DNA of 51,519 nt from NCBI GenBank assembly GCA_030765735.1, contig JAVCBZ010000085.1, forward strand, positions 1 through 51,519, read 5' to 3'. Below the pieces are notes generated by a model that did not search any database, was not told where the DNA came from, and saw only the letters and a program-made list of their open reading frames with translations. This DNA comes from Candidatus Susulua stagnicola (lineage in GTDB: Bacteria; Omnitrophota; Gorgyraeia; Duberdicusellales; 4484-171). Numbering within the stretch: the stretch's first letter is position 1; each line of letters begins with the position of its first letter. Of this stretch, positions 26,502 to 37,400 are shown in pieces. The position numbers were made by a program, and so were the translations under genes.

Positions 26502-27629
26502 ATGTTTAAATTAATAAAAAAAGATATAGGAACTTACGCTCGAACAGGAATTTTTAAAACTAGGGCTTCAGAAGTATCTACTCCAGCTTTTTTCCCGGTT
26601 GCCACTCAAGCAACTGTTAAAGGACTTACCCCAGGTCATCTTCAGGAAATAGATGTTGATGGGTTATTAGTTAATGCTTATCATTTATTTTTGCGTCCGG
26701 GGACAGAGATTATCAAAAAGTGCGGAGGCTTACATTCTTTCATGGGTTTTAATAAGACGATTATTACTGATAGTGGTGGATATCAAATTTTTAGTTTAGA
26801 ACGATTTCGTAAGGTTAGTGATAGGGGCGTAGAATTCCAATCTCATGTTGATGGTAGTAGATTTTTTTTAACTCCTGAGGAAGCGATTAGAATTCAATTA
26901 GATTTGGGCTCAGATGTTGTAGTTCCTTTAGATGAATGTGTTAAATATCCAATTTCTCAAGAAGGTGCCCATAAAGCAATGGAGCGTAGCATTGATTGGG
27001 CTGGTAGGGGCAAGGATTATTTCAATAAGCATAGTGAAAATAACCCTATGTTTTGGGGTATTATTCAAGGCTCAACCTACAAAGAGTTACGGGAAGAGTG
27101 TATTGATAGGCTCTTGCCCTTAGGGATAAAAGGTTTTTGCATAGGCGGTTTAAGTGTTGGCGAGCCCGAAGATTTAAGGTATAATATGCTCCTCTCTATC
27201 CATGAAAAGGTGCCAGCTGACTGTCTTAGATATTTTATGGGTTATGGTAAACCGGGAGATATTCTCCATGCAGTGAGTTTAGGGGTAGATTTATTTGATT
27301 GTGTTGTTCCTACACGCTATGGACGTACTGGAACAGCTTTTACTAATCAAGGAGAAATTACTGTAAGGAATGCTAATTGCAGTCAAGATACAGAACCTTT
27401 GGATAAGGAATGTTCTTGTTATACCTGTCGTAATTTTTCACGGGCTTATTTAAGACATCTCATAAATGTAAAAGAGATGGCAGGAATTCAGTTAGTTACT
27501 TATCATAATGTGTTCTGGTATAAGAATTTTATGGTAAAGATTAGAGAGGCTATAAATTGCGGAAAATTTGCTGAATTTAAGAAGGAATTTTTAAATAGAT
27601 TTAAAAAAGCAAAAGATAATGATCATTGA
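26502..27629 (+). CDS. tgt: Queuine tRNA-ribosyltransferase
   Basis: DSGGYQ and LDEC motifs. Zinc site CSCYTCRNFSRAYLRHL. Confidence 0.93.
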   Translation: MFKLIKKDIGTYARTGIFKTRASEVSTPAFFPVATQATVKGLTPGHLQEIDVDGLLVNAYHLFLRPGTEIIKKCGGLHSFMGFNKTIITDSGGYQIFSLERFRKVSDRGVEFQSHVDGSRFFLTPEEAIRIQLDLGSDVVVPLDECVKYPISQEGAHKAMERSIDWAGRGKDYFNKHSENNPMFWGIIQGSTYKELREECIDRLLPLGIKGFCIGGLSVGEPEDLRYNMLLSIHEKVPADCLRYFMGYGKPGDILHAVSLGVDLFDCVVPTRYGRTGTAFTNQGEITVRNANCSQDTEPLDKECSCYTCRNFSRAYLRHLINVKEMAGIQLVTYHNVFWYKNFMVKIREAINCGKFAEFKKEFLNRFKKAKDNDH

Positions 27630-28314
27630 TATTGTTACCATTTTTCCTAAAATGTTTTCTCCAGTTTTGGGTGAGTCAATAATAAGTAGGGCCCAAGATA
27701 AAGGATTGGTTAAGATAAATATACATAATCTTCGTGATTTTGTATCTGGGGTACATAAAAAAGTAGATTCTCCTTCTTGTGGAGGAGGAGGAATGGTTTT
27801 TAAGCCAGATCCTTTATTCGTAGCAGTGGAATCAATTTTAGGATATAAAGTTTATCCGAAAAAAAAGAAGGATGAAAATAAGAGAATAATTCTTCTCTCT
27901 CCACAAGGGAAGACTTTAAAACAGAAAAGGGTAAAGAAGTTTTTAAATTTTGAGCGCTTAGTTCTTCTTGCTCCGCGCTATGAAGGCGTTGATCAAAGAA
28001 TAAGGGATAATTTAGTAGAAGAAGAAATTTCTTTAGGTGACTATATTTTAAGTGGTGGAGAATTAGCTTCAATGGTTTTTATTGATTGCTTATGTCGTTT
28101 AATCCCTGGTGTTGTTTCTAATAAAGAATCGATAAAAAGAGAGAGCTTCGAAGGTGAAGGTTTAGATTTTCCTCATTATACTAAACCAGTTGATTTTAGA
28201 GGATTAAAAGTTCCTGAAGTTTTACTTTCAGGAAACCATAAAAAGATTGAGGATTGGAGGAGAAGTCAGGCTTTAGAAACTACTAAGAAAAAAAGGCCTG
28301 ATTTATTGAAATAA
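27619..28314 (+). CDS. trmD: tRNA (guanine37-N1)-methyltransferase
   Basis: SPOUT knot motifs (GRYEGVDQR-like RYEGVDQR, SLGDYILSGGE). Precedes rplS. Confidence 0.92.
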   Translation: MIIDIVTIFPKMFSPVLGESIISRAQDKGLVKINIHNLRDFVSGVHKKVDSPSCGGGGMVFKPDPLFVAVESILGYKVYPKKKKDENKRIILLSPQGKTLKQKRVKKFLNFERLVLLAPRYEGVDQRIRDNLVEEEISLGDYILSGGELASMVFIDCLCRLIPGVVSNKESIKRESFEGEGLDFPHYTKPVDFRGLKVPEVLLSGNHKKIEDWRRSQALETTKKKRPDLLK

Positions 28315-28341
28315 ATTTTTAAAATGGTAAAATTTTATAAA

Positions 28342-28367
28342 AGCCTGCCTGCCGGCAGGCAGGGAGG
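28342..28367. repeat. GC-rich palindromic element, copy 1 (AGCCTGCCTGCCGGCAGGCAGGGAGG), fused to the rplS SD
   Basis: 28344-28363 is a perfect 20-nt palindrome (16 of 20 G/C). 25/26 identical to 38181-38206. Confidence 0.9.
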
Positions 28368-28372
28368 GAATT

Positions 28373-28720
28373 ATGGACAAATTAGCAATGGTTGAAAAAG
28401 AGCTTAAGGAAGCTTTAAAAAAAGAATATCCTGAATTTAAGCAAGGCGATATTATTAAAGTTTATTACAAGATTAAAGAGAAGGATAAAACTAGGTTGCA
28501 TCCGGTAGAAGGCATCATCATAAAAGTCCAAGGAGCGATGAATCGCAAATCATTTACATTAAGAAGAATAGCTTATGGACAGGCTTATGAGGTAACATTT
28601 CCTTTTTATTCGCCAAAAATTGAGAGAATAGAAATGGTGAAAAAAGGACGTCGTAACCCAAGAAGAAAACGTTTGTATTATTTAAGAGATAGAGTAGGTA
28701 AAAAAGCAAATTTAGTGTAA
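28373..28720 (+). CDS. rplS: 50S ribosomal protein L19
   Basis: Conserved L19 sequence (FKQGDIIKVYYKI...RLHPVEGIII). trmD-rplS synteny. Confidence 0.95.
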   Translation: MDKLAMVEKELKEALKKEYPEFKQGDIIKVYYKIKEKDKTRLHPVEGIIIKVQGAMNRKSFTLRRIAYGQAYEVTFPFYSPKIERIEMVKKGRRNPRRKRLYYLRDRVGKKANLV

Positions 28721-28734
28721 TTAGTTAGTTGAAT

Positions 28735-29316
28735 ATGATAGTAGGAGTGGATGAAGCAGGTAGAGGGCCACTAGCAGGAGTAGTGGTAGCTTGTGCCTTG
28801 CATTTAAAAAAAGAACCTCCTTTTGTAGTTAAAGATTCGAAAAAGCTTTCCGCATCAGCTCGGGAAGAAATATTCTCCTGGCTATTTAAGAAGGCAGTTT
28901 TTGCAGTAGGTATTGCTAGCAATCAAGAGATAGATAAAATCAACATCTTAGAAGCGACCCTCTTAGCTTTTAATCGAGCGATAAAGGAGCTTTTAGAAAA
29001 ATCTTCAAAGTTAAAGAAAGCAAAATTTATAATTGATGGTAATCACTTTCGTAGTGATTTAAATTTAAATTATATTTGTCAGCCTAAAGCTGATACTTGT
29101 GTTAAAGAGGTTTCTTGTGCTTCTATTGTGGCCAAAGTAGTAAGAGACTATCTAATGACATCAGTAGATTTTTTATATCCCCAGTGGAATTTTTCTCAAC
29201 ATAAGGGTTATCCAACAGCTGAACATTTTTCATTGATAAAAAAATATGCCTTAACACCTTTTCATCGTTGTAGTTTTTCTCCTTGCAAGGGTGTCTTAGG
29301 AAAAAAAGATTTGTGA
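28735..29316 (+). CDS. rnhB: Ribonuclease HII
   Basis: VGVDEAGRGPLAGVVV catalytic motif. ATG 28735 preferred over TTG 28729. Confidence 0.9.
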   Translation: MIVGVDEAGRGPLAGVVVACALHLKKEPPFVVKDSKKLSASAREEIFSWLFKKAVFAVGIASNQEIDKINILEATLLAFNRAIKELLEKSSKLKKAKFIIDGNHFRSDLNLNYICQPKADTCVKEVSCASIVAKVVRDYLMTSVDFLYPQWNFSQHKGYPTAEHFSLIKKYALTPFHRCSFSPCKGVLGKKDL

Positions 29317-29349
29317 ATTGTTTAAAAGTAAGATATTTTAGGGGGTTTA

Positions 29350-29862
29350 ATGAAAAGTTATCGAAGTAGTTTTAAAAAATATTTAGATGATTTAGGAAAA
29401 CCTAAGCCAGCTCCTGGTGGAGGAAGCGCAGTCGCTTTAATTTTTTGTACTGGTATTAGCTTAATTGAAAAAGCAATTAATTTTTCTTCTCCTGAAGAAT
29501 TTAAAAAACAATTAAAAGAATTAAAAACTTTGGGCAAGAAGATCTATCTTAACATTGACAATGATAGCATTATTTTTGCTAAAATCATGAGTTCAAAATT
29601 AATTAAGAGGAATCAATTCATAAAACAAGGTGAGAAACTAATTGTTGACTTAGGTAAGGCTTCTTTAAGAGTCTTTTCTCTTGCTAAAGAGATAGAATCT
29701 GGTATAAAAAAGAGTATAATTAGTGATTTTAATATTGGATTAGAGTGTGCTAAGGTAGCTCTTTTGGGTTGTATTTTAAATTTAGAAGCAAATGAAAAGA
29801 TGTTTGGCAAGAAAAGCAAATTTACCGGCCTATTTAAAAAATCTTTAAAAAAATGGCGATAA
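29350..29862 (+). CDS. Cyclodeaminase/cyclohydrolase family protein (FTCD C-terminal-like)
   Basis: PKPAPGGGSAVAL motif typical of this all-helical family. Overlaps and precedes folD. Confidence 0.7.
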   Translation: MKSYRSSFKKYLDDLGKPKPAPGGGSAVALIFCTGISLIEKAINFSSPEEFKKQLKELKTLGKKIYLNIDNDSIIFAKIMSSKLIKRNQFIKQGEKLIVDLGKASLRVFSLAKEIESGIKKSIISDFNIGLECAKVALLGCILNLEANEKMFGKKSKFTGLFKKSLKKWR

Positions 29863-30698
29863 TTTTTAATGCTCAAGATAAGTGTGATTCTTTATTAGCT
29901 GAAATTAAAACAGAGCTAACTAGGATGCCTAAATTATGCCTAGCTTCAGTAGTAATAGGAGAAAATATTGCCGCTAAGAGTTACTGTTCTGTTCAGGAAA
30001 AAATAGCTAAAGAATTAGGTATAGAGTTTTGTTATCACGGTTTTGAAGCCGACTTACCTTTTAAAGAATTTAAAAATCAAATTAGAAATTTAAATAATAC
30101 CAAAGAAGTAACCGGTATTATTCTTAATAAACCTTTTCCTTCCAACTGGAGTGATGCTGATGTTTTTTCTTTACTTAGTGAAGATAAAGATATTGAAGGA
30201 ATGCATCCGGCTAATCTTGGAAGATTTTTTATTGGTCAACCTAAATTCATATCTCCAACAGCATTAAGTGTCATTGAAATAATTAAAGAGAGTGGGGTTA
30301 AGCTTTACGGGGCTAAAGTAACTTTAGTAGGGTTTTCTTCTCTTATTGGTAGGCCTTTAGCTTTATGGCTTGGGAATGAGTTTGCAACGGTAAGTATTAC
30401 TCATATTGCAACCAATGAGAAAGGTGATATCCCTGCTTATGTTAGTAATGCTGATATCGTAATTTCAGCTGTTGGAAAGTCTGAGATTATAAAAGGTGAA
30501 TGGATAAAGCCCGGAGCAGTTGTTATTGATGTGGGAGTTGGACATAAAGATAATAAGATTTCCGGAGATATAGAATTTGATAAAGCTAAAGAAAGAGCTG
30601 CATTTATAACTCCTGTTCCAGGAGGAGTAGGGAAGTTAACAACAATATTTCTTTGTTATAATTTAGTATTAGCATATAAGTTAGGTTTAAAGGGTTAA
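29853..30698 (+). CDS. folD: Bifunctional methylenetetrahydrofolate dehydrogenase/cyclohydrolase
   Basis: GRPLALWL and TPVPGGVGKLT motifs, length 281 aa. Confidence 0.9.
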   Translation: MAIIFNAQDKCDSLLAEIKTELTRMPKLCLASVVIGENIAAKSYCSVQEKIAKELGIEFCYHGFEADLPFKEFKNQIRNLNNTKEVTGIILNKPFPSNWSDADVFSLLSEDKDIEGMHPANLGRFFIGQPKFISPTALSVIEIIKESGVKLYGAKVTLVGFSSLIGRPLALWLGNEFATVSITHIATNEKGDIPAYVSNADIVISAVGKSEIIKGEWIKPGAVVIDVGVGHKDNKISGDIEFDKAKERAAFITPVPGGVGKLTTIFLCYNLVLAYKLGLKG

Positions 30699-30705
30699 CC
30701 TTATT

Positions 30706-31674
30706 ATGGAAAACATCACCATTTTAGGTGCAGGTAGTTCAGGATTAGCTTTAATTGAAGAGATTAGAGCAAAAAAGATTTCTTGTAATATTTCTTTAAT
30801 AGATAAAAATGCTTATTCTTTTTCTAGAAGAGATATAATTTGTTCTCCTGGTGATATTAGTAAAAGAATCGATATTAGTGAATGGGCCCAGGAAAGAGGG
30901 GTTGAATTTATTCTTGATTCGGTTGAGAAAATTAATCCTAAGCGCCGTAAGATTTATTTTAAAGAAGGTGAAGCTAGGAATTTTGATAATCTAATTGTTG
31001 CCTCAGGCTTAAAGTCTAAAAAAATACCGATTAAAGGAGAACATAGAGAAGGGTTTTTTTATCTTTCTGATATTGATCAATTTAAATTAAAAAGTCTTTT
31101 AAGAGTATCGCAAGAGGCTTGTGTCTATGTTTCCACCTGGTTGGGTTTGAAATTGGCTGTTGCCTTAGCAGGTTTAGGAAAAGATCTAAGAATAGTAACT
31201 GCTAACCTAGACTTTTTAGGAGAGTATAAAGAAAAAGTAATTAGTAGCTTAACGAAAAAGAATATTGGCATATATTTAGATGCTTTCATAGAAGAAGCTG
31301 TGGGCGAAGGAGTTGTAAAAGCTGCTAAATTATCACCGTTAATGGTTTTTTCTTCTCAGTTAGTTTTTATTGATAGTGGGTTTGTATCAAATTTGAATTT
31401 TTTTGAAGATGGTATTATTATTGAAGATAAATTTTTTACTAATTTTGAAGGAATTTATTTTTTAGGTGATTTAAATCGAAAAGAAATAGATAAGGAAAGT
31501 TTTTTTAGTTCCAATCATGAGGATATTAAGAATCAGGTTCAAACTTTTGCTGAATTTATTGCAACTGGAGTAAAGCCAGATCTTTGTAGCCAGGGTAACA
31601 TAGGTGAAGAAAAAATAACAAGTAATAAAGACATTTCTAAGGAGGTTCAATCATGGCAGAGTGGATTGGTATAG
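30706..31674 (+). CDS. NAD(P)/FAD-dependent oxidoreductase
   Basis: N-terminal ILGAGSSGLA dinucleotide motif and a second Rossmann-like segment. Specific function not recognisable. Confidence 0.6.
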   Translation: MENITILGAGSSGLALIEEIRAKKISCNISLIDKNAYSFSRRDIICSPGDISKRIDISEWAQERGVEFILDSVEKINPKRRKIYFKEGEARNFDNLIVASGLKSKKIPIKGEHREGFFYLSDIDQFKLKSLLRVSQEACVYVSTWLGLKLAVALAGLGKDLRIVTANLDFLGEYKEKVISSLTKKNIGIYLDAFIEEAVGEGVVKAAKLSPLMVFSSQLVFIDSGFVSNLNFFEDGIIIEDKFFTNFEGIYFLGDLNRKEIDKESFFSSNHEDIKNQVQTFAEFIATGVKPDLCSQGNIGEEKITSNKDISKEVQSWQSGLV

Positions 31675-32813
31675 GGAAAAGGGCGCGTAGATGTTATGGG
31701 TTTGATGAGATTGCTCTTGCTCCGGGAAGGATTACAACAAATCCCGAAGAAGTAGATACAACTTGGGAATTGGGTGGCAGAAATTTTAAAGTTCCAATTC
31801 TAGCTGCGGCAATGGATGGGGTTGTTAATGTTAAATTTGCTATTGAGATGTCGCGCTTAGGAGGAGTTGCTGTTTTAAATTTAGATGGTGTCCAGACTCG
31901 TTATGATAATCCTGATCAGGTCTTAGAAGAGATTTCTAAAGTTGGACCCAAAGAAGCTACTAATCTAATTCAAAAAGTATATACTGCTCCTATTAAAGAG
32001 GAGTTGATTGCTAAGAGAGTTAGTGAGATAAAAGAAGGTAAAGGGTATGCTGCGGTTAGTTGTATACCACAAAATGCTGATAAATTTGCTGCGATTGCTG
32101 AAGATGCTGGAGCAGATTGCTTTGTAATCCAGTCTACTGTAACTACTGCTAAGCATGTAGCTTCTAAATATAAACCTTTAGATTTAAAAGTATTTTGTAA
32201 AAAAAGAAAAATTCCGGTAATTATTGGTAATTGTGTTACTTATGATGTTACTTTGGAGCTTTTTGAAACTGGGTGTTCAGGGATTTTAGTTGGAGTAGGT
32301 CCAGGAGCAGCTTGTACTACTAGAGGAGTTTTAGGTATTGGTGTTCCTCAAGTAACTTCTACTATTGATTGTGCAGCAGCTAGAGATTTTTATCATAAGA
32401 AGTCTGGGAAGTATATTCCAATAATTACTGATGGTGGAATGAGTAGAGGTGGTGATGTTTGTAAAGCTTTTGCTTCTGGAGCTGATGCGGTTATGATCGG
32501 TTCAGCTTTTACTAGAGCAGAAGAGGCACCGGGCAAAGGATTCCATTGGGGTATGGCTACTTCTCATGGTAATTTACCACGAGGTACAAGAATAAATGTA
32601 GGGGTAACTGGGGATTTAAGCCAGATTCTTTTTGGTCCAGCAGTGGTTGATGATGGTTCTCAGAATTTAATTGGAGCTCTTAGTACGTCTATGGGTTCTT
32701 TGGGTGCAAGGACGATTAAGGAGATGCATTTTGTTGAGATAATTATTGCTCCATCTATTCAAACTGAAGGTAAGATATTTCAGGCTGCTCAAAGAGTAGG
32801 TATGGGTAAATAG
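31653..32813 (+). CDS. GuaB3-type IMP dehydrogenase-related protein (no CBS pair)
   Basis: AGGAGG RBS. N-terminus [16 protein letters not shown]-like barrel with [12 protein letters not shown] loop and [12 protein letters not shown]. 386 aa. Confidence 0.8.
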   Translation: MAEWIGIGKRARRCYGFDEIALAPGRITTNPEEVDTTWELGGRNFKVPILAAAMDGVVNVKFAIEMSRLGGVAVLNLDGVQTRYDNPDQVLEEISKVGPKEATNLIQKVYTAPIKEELIAKRVSEIKEGKGYAAVSCIPQNADKFAAIAEDAGADCFVIQSTVTTAKHVASKYKPLDLKVFCKKRKIPVIIGNCVTYDVTLELFETGCSGILVGVGPGAACTTRGVLGIGVPQVTSTIDCAAARDFYHKKSGKYIPIITDGGMSRGGDVCKAFASGADAVMIGSAFTRAEEAPGKGFHWGMATSHGNLPRGTRINVGVTGDLSQILFGPAVVDDGSQNLIGALSTSMGSLGARTIKEMHFVEIIIAPSIQTEGKIFQAAQRVGMGK

Positions 32814-32852
32814 TTAAAGCTTAAAACTAAAACTTAAAAAGTAAAATTATAG

Positions 32853-34394
32853 ATGAAGAAAGATACAATTTTAATCCTTGATTTTGGATCGCAATATACT
32901 CAACTTATTGCTCGTCGAGTAAGAGAGCTAAAAGTTTTTAGTGTTATTGAGCCTTGCACTATAGCTATAAGCAAAATAAAGGCTATCAACCCTAAGGCAA
33001 TAATTCTTTCTGGAGGTCCACATAGCGTTTATGAAAAAGAAGCACCAATTTTAAAAAAAGAAATTCTTAAATTGGGTATTCCAATTTTAGGTATTTGCTA
33101 TGGGCTGCAAATTTTAGTTAAAACTTTAAAGGGAAGTGTCAAAGAAGGAAAGAAGAGGGAATATGGAAGGGCTAAAATGTGCATTAGTGATCATCAGGAT
33201 TTATTTTTTTCCCTACCAGAGAAGATTACTTCCTGGATGAGTCATACTGATCAAATAACTAACCTTCCTTCAGGTTTTAGACTATTGGCATATACTCCAA
33301 ATACAAAGTTTGCAGCAATTGGTAATAGTAAGAGTAAGATTTATGGAGTGCAATTTCATCCTGAGGTTGTTCACACTGAATTAGGGATACAAATACTTTC
33401 TAACTTTTTGTTTAAAATTGTTGGTTGTCTACCAACTTGGCAGTTAGAGAATTTTATCTCTGATCAGATAAAAGAAACAAGAAAAAAAGTAGGCAAAACA
33501 AATGTTATTTTGGGGTTAAGCGGAGGAGTTGATTCATCAACTGCTGCAGTTTTGCTTCAAAGAGCTTTGGGCAAGAGACTGAAATGTATTTTTGTTAATA
33601 ATGGAGTTTTAAGAAAGAATGAAGCTAAAAAGGTAATAAAACTTTTTAGAGATTATTTTAAAGTAGATTTGCATTATGTTGATGCTTCTAAAGTATTTCT
33701 TCAGAAGCTAAAGGGTGTAGTTGACCCTGAGCGAAAACGTAAAATAATTGGACATGAATTTATAAAGGTGTTTGAGGCTGAAGCTAAGAAGATTAAAAAT
33801 GTAAAATTTCTTGTTCAAGGGACCTTGTATCCTGATGTAATTGAATCGGTATCATTTTTTGGTGGACCTAGTGCTTGTATAAAATCACATCATAATGTAG
33901 GTGGCTTGCCAAAAGAGATGAAATTAAGTTTAATTGAGCCTTTCCGCCAACTTTTTAAAGATGAAGTTAGAGAGGTCGCTAAATTACTTAACATGCCAGT
34001 GATTATGATTAATCGCCATCCTTTTCCTGGACCAGGTTTGGCAGTAAGAATAATTGGTGAAGTTAATGCTAAACAACTTAAGATTTTGCGTGAAGCTGAT
34101 GACATTATGGAGAAAATAATAAAGAAAAATAATATTTATAATGATATTTGGCAGGCTTTTTGTGTTTTATTACCGCTTAAGACAGTAGGAGTAATGGGAG
34201 ATAAACGAACTTATGAACATGTAGTAGCAATACGTGCGGTTAATAGTCTTGATGGAATGACTGCTGATTGGTCTAAACTTCCCTATTCTATTCTTGCTGA
34301 GATATCTAATGAAATTATTAATAAAGTAAGAGGAATAAATAGAGTCGTTTTTGACATCAGTTCTAAACCACCAGCAACAATTGAGTGGGAGTAG
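32853..34394 (+). CDS. guaA: GMP synthase (glutamine-hydrolysing)
   Basis: GATase Cys box GICYG, PP-loop SGGVDSS, C-terminal dimerisation domain ending IEWE. Confidence 0.95.
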   Translation: MKKDTILILDFGSQYTQLIARRVRELKVFSVIEPCTIAISKIKAINPKAIILSGGPHSVYEKEAPILKKEILKLGIPILGICYGLQILVKTLKGSVKEGKKREYGRAKMCISDHQDLFFSLPEKITSWMSHTDQITNLPSGFRLLAYTPNTKFAAIGNSKSKIYGVQFHPEVVHTELGIQILSNFLFKIVGCLPTWQLENFISDQIKETRKKVGKTNVILGLSGGVDSSTAAVLLQRALGKRLKCIFVNNGVLRKNEAKKVIKLFRDYFKVDLHYVDASKVFLQKLKGVVDPERKRKIIGHEFIKVFEAEAKKIKNVKFLVQGTLYPDVIESVSFFGGPSACIKSHHNVGGLPKEMKLSLIEPFRQLFKDEVREVAKLLNMPVIMINRHPFPGPGLAVRIIGEVNAKQLKILREADDIMEKIIKKNNIYNDIWQAFCVLLPLKTVGVMGDKRTYEHVVAIRAVNSLDGMTADWSKLPYSILAEISNEIINKVRGINRVVFDISSKPPATIEWE

Positions 34395-34417
34395 AATCTA
34401 ATCTTTAAATTAATATA

Positions 34418-37400
34418 ATGGCCAACGCTGACTTTGTACATCTTCATGTACATACGCAATATAGTCTTCTCGATGGAGCTTGCTTACTAACTAGGTTAGT
34501 TGAGAAAGCTGTCCAATGTAAGCTTCCAGCCTTAGCCATGACTGATCATGGCAATATCTTTGGAGCAATAAAATTTTATAATTTATGTGTTAAGAATGGG
34601 ATAAAACCAATTATTGGCTGCGAAGTCTATGTAACTAGTGGTTCACGTTTCAACAGAGATTTTAAATCTAGTAAGGATAGCAATTATCACTTAATTCTTT
34701 TAGCTAAAGACCAAGAAGGGTATTCTAATCTTGTTAAAGTAGTTAGCTTGGCTCACTTAGAAGGATTTTATTATAAACCACGTGTAGACAAAGAAATTCT
34801 TAGCAAATACAGCAAAGGATTGATTGCTTCTAGTGCTTGCCTTAAAGGAGAAATCCCCTCAGCAATTATTTCTGGAAATGTAAATAAAGCTACTAAATTA
34901 GCTGATGATTATTTAAACATTTTCGGTAAAGGTAATTTCTATTTGGAAATTATGGAGAATGGCCTAGATCAGCAGAGAATAGTTAATAAACAATTAATTA
35001 AGATTTCCAAAGAATTAGATATTCCTTTAGTTGCTACTAATGATATCCATTATTTAGAAAAAGAAGAAGCTTTTGCTCATGAGGTTTTATTAGCTATCCA
35101 AACTCAAACTACGATCAATGATCCTAATCGTTTTAAATTCAATAGTGATAGTTTTTATTTTCGTACTCCAGATGAAATGATTAAAATTTTTAAAGATATT
35201 CCTCAGAGTATAAAAAGTACAATTGATATTGCTGAGAAGTGTAATTTTACTATGGATTTTTCTAAAACTCATTTACCAAATTTTCCTTTACCTAAAGGGG
35301 TAAATGATAAGGACTATTTACGTAAAATTTGTCAGGAAAATCTAGGAGATCGATATCCAAAAGTGGATAACATTGTTACTGAAAGATTAGAACACGAGTT
35401 AGAAACTATTACAAAAACTGGATTTTCTAGTTATTTTTTAATAGTTTGGGATTTGATAAAATATGCTAAAGAAAACAATATTCCAGTAGGGCCTGGCCGA
35501 GGAAGTGCTGCTGGGAGTATTGTTAGTTATTTGTTGCATATCACTGATGTAGATCCATTAAATTATGATTTACTTTTTGAACGATTCCTCAATTCAGCTC
35601 GCATATCTATGCCTGATATTGATATTGATTTTTGTTATGAAAAAAGGCTTAAAGTATTAGAGTACGTAGCTAATAAGTATGGTAAAGATAGTGTTGCTCA
35701 AATAATTACTTTTGGAACAATGCTAGCTAGGGCAGTTATTAGAGATGTTGGCAGGGCTATGGGTTTTAATTATTCTGAAGTAGATAAAATTGCTAAAATG
35801 ATTCCTTCTGGTGTTGGTCAGGTTGTTAATTTAAAACGAGCTTTATCCCTAAATCCGGATTTAGGGGATGTTTATAATTCTGATAGCAGGATTAAACGTC
35901 TTATTGATGTAGCCATGCAATTAGAAGGTCTTTCTCGTCATGCTTCAACTCATGCGGCTGGAGTAGTAATCTCTGATAAACCTCTTATAGAAAGAGTTCC
36001 TTTAATCAAAGGTTCTGAAGGTGAAGCAATTACTGGTTTCGATATGGGGTCTTTGGAGAAGATTGGCATGCTAAAGATGGATTTTTTAGGTCTAAAGACG
36101 CTTACTGTTATAGATGAGGCTGTTAAAATAATTAAAAGAACTAAAAACAAAGATTTAGATATTATTGGGATTCCTCTTGACGATAAGAAAACTTTTTCTC
36201 TTTTGTCTAAAAGTAATACTATTGGTGTGTTCCAGCTAGAAAGTAGTGGAATGAGAGGTATCTTAAAGAAGATAAATCCAACTAGATTTGAAGATTTGAT
36301 TGCTGTTTTAGCTCTTTATCGTCCAGGACCTTTAGGTAGTGGAATGGTTGATGATTTTATTAATCGAAAGCATGGCAAGAAAAGCATAACTTATATTCAT
36401 CCTGAGCTAGAGTCAATTTTGAAAAAAACTTATGGAATTATTCTTTATCAAGAACAGATTATGCAAATAGTTTCTAAATTAGCTGGGTTTGATATGTCTC
36501 GAGCTGATTTATTAAGAAAGGCTATTGGTAAAAAGATTCCTGAAATTATGGATCAGCAGAGGCAGTTATTTTTAGATGGTTGCGGTAAAAATAAGATCCC
36601 AGTAAATACAGCTAGCCAAATATTTGATTTAATAGATTACTTTTCAGGTTATGGATTTAATAAGAGCCATTCTACTGCTTATGCTTTGATTTCTTATCGA
36701 ACGGCATATCTAAAAGCTAATTATCCGATAGAGTTTATGGCTGCTCTCCTAACCAGTGAACGTAATAATACTGATAAAGTTGTAGAGTATGTTAATGAGT
36801 CAGCTCGAATGAAAATTGAAGTTCTTCCGCCAGATATAAATACTAGTTTTACTAATTTTACAGTAACTGATGATCAGAATATACGTTTTGGATTAATGGC
36901 TATTAAAAATGTAGGTAAAACTGCTTTAGACAATATTGTTGAAACTAGAAAGGCTAGTAAATTTGAAAGTATTTTTGATTTTTCTCGAAGGATAGACTCG
37001 CGAGTAGTCAACAAAAAGGTTATTGAAAGTCTTATAAAAACTGGAGCAATGGATAGTTTTAAATTACGACGATCTCAGATGATGGCTATTTTAGATAAAA
37101 TATTAAGCAAAAATGTAAAAAAAGAAGACCCTTCTCAATTGAGGCTTTTTTCAACTCCAGTTGATGAGAGTGTTCCTGATATTGAAGAGTGGCCAATCTT
37201 GCAGATATTGAATTTTGAGAAATCTCTTTTAGGAATATATTTAACAGGTCATCCTTTAAAATCTTATTCTAACTTAGTTAATTCCCTAAAACGTGAGAAG
37301 GTAATTAATCTTTGGGAACGTCCTTACCAAAGGGAAGTCATGATTTGTGCAGTAGTAGAGAAGATAAAAAATGTTACTACTCGCAGAAAAAGTGAACGAA

